Source of the DNA: the human T2T-CHM13v2.0 reference genome, Homo sapiens
Direction: 5' to 3' (one strand)
NCBI RefSeq assembly: GCF_009914755.1
Contig: NC_060925.1
Length of the DNA stretch: 64,000 nt
Positions 57,121 through 64,000 of this stretch are shown piece by piece. Both the position numbers and the translations under genes were made by a program. Numbering within the stretch: the stretch's first letter is position 1; every line of letters starts with the position of its first letter. Under the pieces are notes generated by a model. That model had not been told where the DNA came from. It made no database searches and saw nothing but the letters and a program-made list of their open reading frames with translations.

Positions 57121-59974
57121 CTAGCTGAGGCTCATCCTGTTTTCAGTACCTGAATAGCGCAACTAAGTGCTGTTTGTTGTTGTTGTTGTTAGCTGGGTGG
57201 GATGGAGGGCCAGGGTGGGAAACTTCTCCTTTCCAGTCTCAGAGTCCATCTTTGTGCTGCAGCCCACATTGCCCCAGAATTTGACATGGGTGGTTGGTCC
57301 CTGTAAGCAAGTTTAACCCCTCTTTGTACAGATAAGAAACCCAAGGCTCAGAGACATCAGTAACTTGTGTAGGGTTGCACAGGAAGTGGGGGACAGGGCT
57401 GGGGTTTGAACCCAGGTCTGTAAGATTCCTCAGTCCACACCTTTCCCCTGTCCTGCGTGGTTGCCGGTCTTTCCCCACTATTATCCACCAACCTTGTCTG
57501 GGAAGACCTAGGAGGCAAGTCCTGAATTAGGCAGGGCCAGACGCCAACTCTGGAATTCAATTTCTTACCCAGGCCTTTGGGATGCAGGAGTGGATGTCTA
57601 CACTTCTGTCTCTGAACCCTCTTCCTTCTCACTGTCCCCAGCCCTGCCCTAGGCCAGAGCCTGTCGGTGCTACCTGGGCCATTGTAACAGCCTCCTGACT
57701 GCCCGCCCCCTACCCCGCACATCCAGTCTCTCCTGAATTCTCCTTTACGATTCTCAGTCGTGTGGTTTGGGTGGGATGGCCTGCTCCAACTCACAGCTCC
57801 AGGGTGGGCCCTGATTGGTCTGAGCCAGATAGTCACTGGGCTGTGACTGGCTGGGTTGGACACGTAATTGAATCGGAACCAATGAGATGTGGAGATGTCT
57901 GCTCCAACTTCAGGGAAACGAATTGTTCTTTTTTTACATTCAGCTATGGCTAGAGACTCTCTTCCATTCCGAATGGTGTGATGTGAAGAGGTGAGACCAG
58001 GAGAATGTGGGTCATTGGAGATGAGGGTGGGGTGGAGTGGGGAAGCGGGGGTGGGGTGGGGAAGCGGGGGTGGAGAGGGATGGGAAGAGCGAGGAGTGCT
58101 ATCCTGGGAAGCCTGAAGATTAAACTGGTATCTCAGAAGGCAGAGCAGGGAGATGGAGAGAGCCTGTGTCTAAGTTGATATCATTTGAGCGGCTAGGTCA
58201 AGCCACACCTGAAGTTGTTCGTGAGTCTGTATCTCCATAGAAAACAAAACTGGGCAATTTGAGGAGAGTTTGATAAATGGACAATTTATAAAAGGTGAGG
58301 GCAGGGTGAAGGGGACACCCCAGGGATAGTTCAGCACCTCTGGGCAACTAACGAAGGGGCCATTACTACCCTGGGGCCTGAAAAGGGTGAGGAGAGTGAG
58401 CAATTATCAGAGCCTGGAGACACAGGGCTGGGTGGAGAGGGCTGCCCTGTTGGAGCTGTGAGCCTGGGTCACTGACCCTGGTGGCCCCTTCAGGGAGTCA
58501 GGCAGTAAATGCCTTGGACGCACGCTCCTCCCTCCCTCCTGTGTCCCGTGGGTGATCCCCACCAGTTGAGCTAGACGGATGGTAGTGCAGTCCACATGGG
58601 TCATCCTTCTGGAGCACGGAGCAGGGTGGGGTGGATTGGGATGGACACATGGAAGATGTCCAGGGCTTAACTCTGGGCCTCTCAGTTCCATGACCCATTA
58701 AACTCCCTTGACTGAGCTGGGGTGAGTGGGCCTTTTACTGCTGCATAGAGGACTAACTAATACGTGCACCAGGCAGGGTACCCCCAACCCCTGTCTCCCC
58801 TGCCCTATCTTTGCTTATGCTTTGCCCTCAGCCTGGAATTGCCTTCCCTTGCCTCTAGAAATCTCCTCTCTGACTGCCATCCTTCTTCTTAAAGTCCTGA
58901 CCCCACAGCTAAAGTGAAAAAGGCAGCAGAGAATAATTAAAATATGTTCGAGAGACCTGGGCTCAACTCCTTGTTCCACAACTTAACTTGTGAACTGTTG
59001 GGCAAGTTACCTACCCTTTCTGAGCCTCGGTTTCCTCCTTCATCCCCTGCCAGATTTCACCCCTTGCCCCTCATGACCTTGACCCTGTGCTTAGCCAGGT
59101 GTGTTTGGAACAACCCTGACCTACCTCTGTCTCTAGCCAGCTGTGTGTCCTTGGGCAGGTCTCTCACCCTCTCTGGGTCTCAGCTTCCCCATCTGTAAAT
59201 CAAGGCTTTGATTGAATTCTCTGACTCTTGATTGCTCAGGCTTCCTCCCACCCTGAGGAGGGGAGGCTACCACTGGAGCAGCTTGGCAGCATTGGGAAGT
59301 CTGGCACGTCCACTGTGTGTGTTTAATTACTTTGGCAACTGTTTACTGCCTCCTCGATTTCCTGAGCAAACGGTCCCATTATTTGGAGTGATTTACTGGC
59401 ACTAGCTTTGCTTGTGAGGAGTGGAAGCTCCAGACGTGCCCCCGCCTCAGCCCCCATATGCTACATGTGCTCACACAGCCAGGCCTTCTGAGAGGGCTGA
59501 GGGAAGCTGGGGCAGAGTGCCAGCCTTCCCGGGTGTCCTGGTTCCTGGGCCCTGCGTCCCCTCCGATCTCTGCAGGCTCTCCTGAGTGTAGTCTGAGGTT
59601 CTGCTGCCTGGTGGTTAGAGCACAGACTCCGGGACACAATGAGCCTGGGTTCAGGTCCCAGCTCTGTGACTTCAGTCAAGCTCCCTCTGCTCCATGAGCC
59701 TCAGGTTTCTCATCTGTGCAATGGGAATTGCAACTTTCCAAGTTCCCCTTCTCTTCAAGGCACCTGCTCCCCAACCCCTTCCACATGGCAATAGTGGGGG
59801 CTCTCCCAAGGTCTTCCTTGATCTTGTTCCCTCTCCTGCCCACTGTTAATTTAGTCTAAATTTGGTGCCTGACTAATGCTGGGCTGATCCTAGTCCCCCA
59901 GCTTGCAGACCCCCAAGAGTTGAATAAGGCTGAGATGAACCCCCACTCCATATGCTGCTGGTGGTAGATTCCTG

Positions 59975-60322
59975 CTGTGGTCTGAATGCGTGTGGCCTCC
60001 CACATTCATCTGTTGAACTGTAATCTCCAGTGCAATAGTATTAAGAGATGGGGCCTTTGGGCAGTGATGAGGTGAGCCTTTGTAGATGTGATTATTGCCT
60101 TTATATAAAAGAGGCTTGAGGGAGTGTATTTGTCCCTTCTGCCATGTGAGGATGCAGCAAGAAGGTGCCATCTATGAGGAATGGGCCCTCAGCAGGCATC
60201 AACTCTGCCAGCGCCTTGATCTTGGACTTGCCAGCCTCTAGAACTGTGACTAACACTCTTCTGTCATTTATAAATTACCCAGTCTAAGGTATTTTGTTGT
60301 AGCGGCCCAAATGGACTAAGAC
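59975..60322 (+). mobile_element. MLT1A/B MaLR LTR
   Basis: tgtggtctgaatgcgtgtggcctccc…aattacccagtctaaggtattttgttgtagcggcccaaatggactaagaca. Confidence 0.85.
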
Positions 60323-60949
60323 AACTCCCAGTGGGCTTTTGTCCCCAGGTGGGGCTGTGGCGGAGGGGTCTGCCTCATACCACTATGGCAGCTTCCAGCG
60401 GAGCCTGAGACGGCCCTACCTTAACATGCCCTAGCCCCAGGCCACCCCCAGCTCAGCTTTTTGCTTTTATCTTTTTCCCTCCCTCCCTCCTGCATTACCC
60501 CTGGGCAGCACCCACCCTCCAGATGTCCTTGCCTTCGGCACTTTCATTCCAGTTCCGCCATCCATTCAGCTTGACAGCCCAACCTTGCTCCAGGCCTACT
60601 TGCCACTCATACCTCACCAGGTGCTCAGCAGAGCCCTCTTTGGCCTGTATGAGGGCCCACCCATCACAGAAGGCTGTGGGGCTGGGACCAGAAGGCAGAC
60701 TATAGACATAACACCAGGGAGGGAAGTATCTGACCCCTGCTGTCTGACACTGGGGATCAGGACTGTCCAGGCAGCTGCAGGGGCCATGGAGACTGGCACA
60801 GAGATCATGTGCCTGCTGTCTTCTGCACGAGGCAGTGGCAATCTGGGCTTGCCCCCTTGGGGCTGAGTAAGCCACTTGGGGTTCTTAGGCTTGTCCCTGA
60901 ACCTCTCTCTCTGCATGAACTCACACTCTGTTCCCACAGGCTTGCCGGG

Positions 60950-61465
60950 TGTTTCCTTAGTGGGGTAGATTTTAATGCATGGCCACAAGTTCCTCCCATC
61001 CTGATGTGCATGCCCTTTGAAGCAGGACTTTGTTGCTTGTCTTATCAAGAGACAGAGTCTGCTTCCCCTTACCTTGAATCTGGGCAGGCCCATGGCTTGC
61101 TTTTGCTATAGAATTCAGGGGAAGAGATTCTATATGACTTCTGGGAGATGGCCTCAGGGGCCTTGCAGCCTCTGTTTCTGCCCTCTTAGAATGCTGCCCT
61201 GAGACCACCACTTAAGGAAGCTGGCCTGGCCTGCTGGAGATGAGTGGGCACATGGATGGCTGAAGCTTCCTGACCAACAGCCAAGCACTATCCATGTCAG
61301 GGAGGTCTGATTGGGCTTTCCAGGCCAGATGGAATGCAGCACAGGAGAAAGTCCAGGTGAGACCAGCAGGGACGTGCTTGGCCAACCACAGCATTGTGAG
61401 AAACAGTGCATTGCTGTTGTTTTTAAGTTTCCAAGTTTTGGGGTGATTTGTTACACAGCAAAGGG
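60950..61465 (+). mobile_element. MLT1F/G/H-like LTR
   Basis: atggccacaagttcctcccatc…gttttgggtgatttgttacacagca. Confidence 0.7.
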
Positions 61466-61579
61466 TAATGGAAGCACTCAGGATTGGTAATCTTTCCAAA
61501 GATAAGGAAACAACCTTCCTGAGAATTTCAAGATGGAGGCTCAGAGTCAAAGCACTTTGGATAGCGTTTGGACCTTTCG

Positions 61580-62092
61580 TTGGTATTCTGGCTGCCCATT
61601 AGTGGTATGAAATAACAACTAGAGTATATGGGTCAGGAATTTGGACAAAGCACAGTGGGGATGGTTTGATCTCCCTTCCACAATGGCTGAGGCCTTAGCT
61701 GGAATTCAAATCTGGCCTTTTCAGGGTTGAATGTCTGGGAATGGCCTGAACAGCTGGGTGTTGAAAGCACACAGATAATTTCTCAGTCATGTGTCTGATA
61801 GCTGAGCTGGGATGGGTTTGAAGACTGCACTTGGCTGAGGATGTCAACCAGAGTTCTACCTGTAGCCTTTGCATGTAGCTTGGGCTTCCTCACTGCATGG
61901 TAGCCTTAGGGGTAGTTGGACTTCTCACGTAGCCGCTTTTGGGACCTAGCCTGGAAGTGATACAACTTCTATCATATACCATTGGTCAAAGCAGTCACAA
62001 CCCTCAGACATTCAAGGAGAAAGGGCATAGACTCCACCTCTCTATGGGAGGAGAACTTAAAGAATTTGTGATAATGTTTTAAAATTGCCACT
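61580..62092 (-). mobile_element. Old MLT1-family LTR
   Basis: gggtcaggaatttggac…catgtagcttgggcttcctcac…gactccacctctctatgggagg. Confidence 0.65.
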
Positions 62093-64000
62093 TTTTGTGG
62101 TGGAGAATATTGCTGTTGCAGAAACTTGGTCAAAGATCATCTCCAATTCTAGGTGCCATATCTAAGTTTGACCCATCCCAGTCAATCATTCAGCAAAGGC
62201 ACATGGCATGTTCTCTTCTATTCTGGAAACCAAGAAGGCAGGCAGGAGGCTGGAGCCCTGCAATACTTGCAGAGACAGTCACCTCCTTTCTGTGAACCCA
62301 GGACTATCCATTCTCCGCTTGCACATAAAAGTTTTTTCTTCTTTAAAAACAAGAGCAGCTTATGGGGATCACACTAGTTGGTCTGATTATCCTAAGGATA
62401 GTTGGCCAGCTTATCCTAAGGAAATCCTGGGTTCATGATTCTACATTTGATGCAGTGAGAAAGCCTTGTCTCCTGGACCAAAGGTTGACCTGGGCAGCAT
62501 GGCCATGGTCCTCATCCTCAGCCTGATGCACAGTGGAAGCCATGGTGGGACCCTCGCTGCCTCTGAGCTGATCTTTATCCCTTTGATGGAGATGATCTCT
62601 GCCCAGGGGGAACAGGCTTCTAAGTAGGAGGAGAGGGAGGTGCTAACCACAGAGGCTGCCCAGCTGAAGTTTTTCCAGTGTCATCTGCTCTCTGTGTTCC
62701 TGGCCAGGCCTGGCCCTGGAAAATCCCCATTGTTCTCCACAACCCTATATAGAACCCCGGTCTGAAGTGTTCCAGACTCAGAATGTAGCCCCATCCTGGC
62801 CCAGCAAAAGCCTGTGGTTTAAGAGCTTTTCTGTTAGGGTGGATTTAACAACCGAGTTTCCAATTGATTTCTAGAGGGAAGTGGGGATGGATTTACAGTT
62901 CCTAAAATAGGTTTGCAGCCTTGATGTGAATCTGTACGAGAAAGCAGTGGGCAGGAAGTTATCGATGTGACCTCTGACCCTGGGGAGGGAAAGATAATGA
63001 GGGGTTTATGATAAATCCATCTTCTTGGGGTTTATCGCTAGGCCCTTAGATATATGACTTGGTGCAGACAAGTGGCTCTCCTAGTGCCACAGGGAGGAGG
63101 ACTGTGAGGCATGAACTCCAGGAAGTAAGCTTCACCCGATGTCTTCCGCCCAGGCTCTCAGAAGACTGGCTCTGCCCTAAGACCTCTGGCTTTGCAAAGG
63201 GTTGAAGTCTGCAAAGTTCCTGGGAACTGCACAACTTGAGTCATCTCTGGAGACCTGGGGGCTGGCTTCCCCACCTGCCCTCCTGAAGGCCCCAGCTGGC
63301 CCTTCTGTTCCTGCAGTGCCCTCCCCATGGTGGGGTCATCGATCTCCCTGCAGGCTTCGAGAACAAGGCAGGGAGGAGGGAACCACCTTGGCTGTGGGTT
63401 TGGGAACAGATGGGCCCTGGGTTTGAATTATGTGGGATTCTCCCACTCACTAGCTGTGGGGCCTCGGGGAGTTCCATGCCCAACCTGGCAGTTTCCTAGC
63501 CTGTGCAATGTGGGGTGAGATTTCCCTCCAAGGATGCTGCAGGATTCAATGAGATGAATGTGTGTTGGGAGCCGCACAGCACTTGGCATGGGTGGGTGGG
63601 ATGTGGGACCTGGACAAAGACAGATCCAAGTTAGAGCCAACTCTGATGGCCATTATCTGTGTGATCCTGGACACGTGTCTCAGCCTCTCCCGGGCTCAGT
63701 TTGCCCCACTGTGAAGTGGGAATAGAGTCGTCGTCATGACAAAGGGGCAAACGAAGATCAGGTGCTCAGTGCCATGATGGGCGTGAGGTCAGTCATCTTT
63801 GGACAGTTTTGCTACCCCCTTCTCCTGGGCACTGCCTGGGCAGCAGATGCCGGCCTGGCCCTGAGCCTGTGCAGACAAAAGCGAGGGACTCTTGGTTCCT
63901 GCCTACGTCTTGTGCTGATAAAACTGAGAAGATAAAGCAGCTTCCAGGATGGTGCAGTGGAGAGCGGGTCAAAGCACAGGCGTCTGAATCCTGGGTCAGC

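Overview
Primate (human-like) genomic DNA, repeat-rich (Alu, L1, L2, MIR, MaLR/ERV LTRs, hAT MITEs), with no intact protein-coding gene that I can support. The first ~17 kb of the minus strand carries a decayed, intron-containing (unprocessed) partial copy of the receptor tyrosine phosphatase gene PTPRU. Five exon remnants are visible: the 30-nt [10 protein letters not shown] microexon, two juxtamembrane exons, a frameshifted pre-D1 exon and a damaged first exon of the D2 phosphatase domain. All D1-domain exons appear to be missing, three splice acceptors read GG instead of AG, and a stop codon forms across one exon junction. The window also holds several short local copy-paste insertions. The most striking is a 34-bp-arm hairpin split by a composite insert templated from two nearby sites. 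There is also an ERVL-class pol remnant at ~55.7-57.1 kb and a few candidate enhancer-like unique stretches. PTPRU comparisons and repeat subfamily names come from recalled sequence, not from a search, and repeat boundaries are approximate unless target-site duplications (TSDs) are quoted. I see no convincing evidence for a wholly new biological system.
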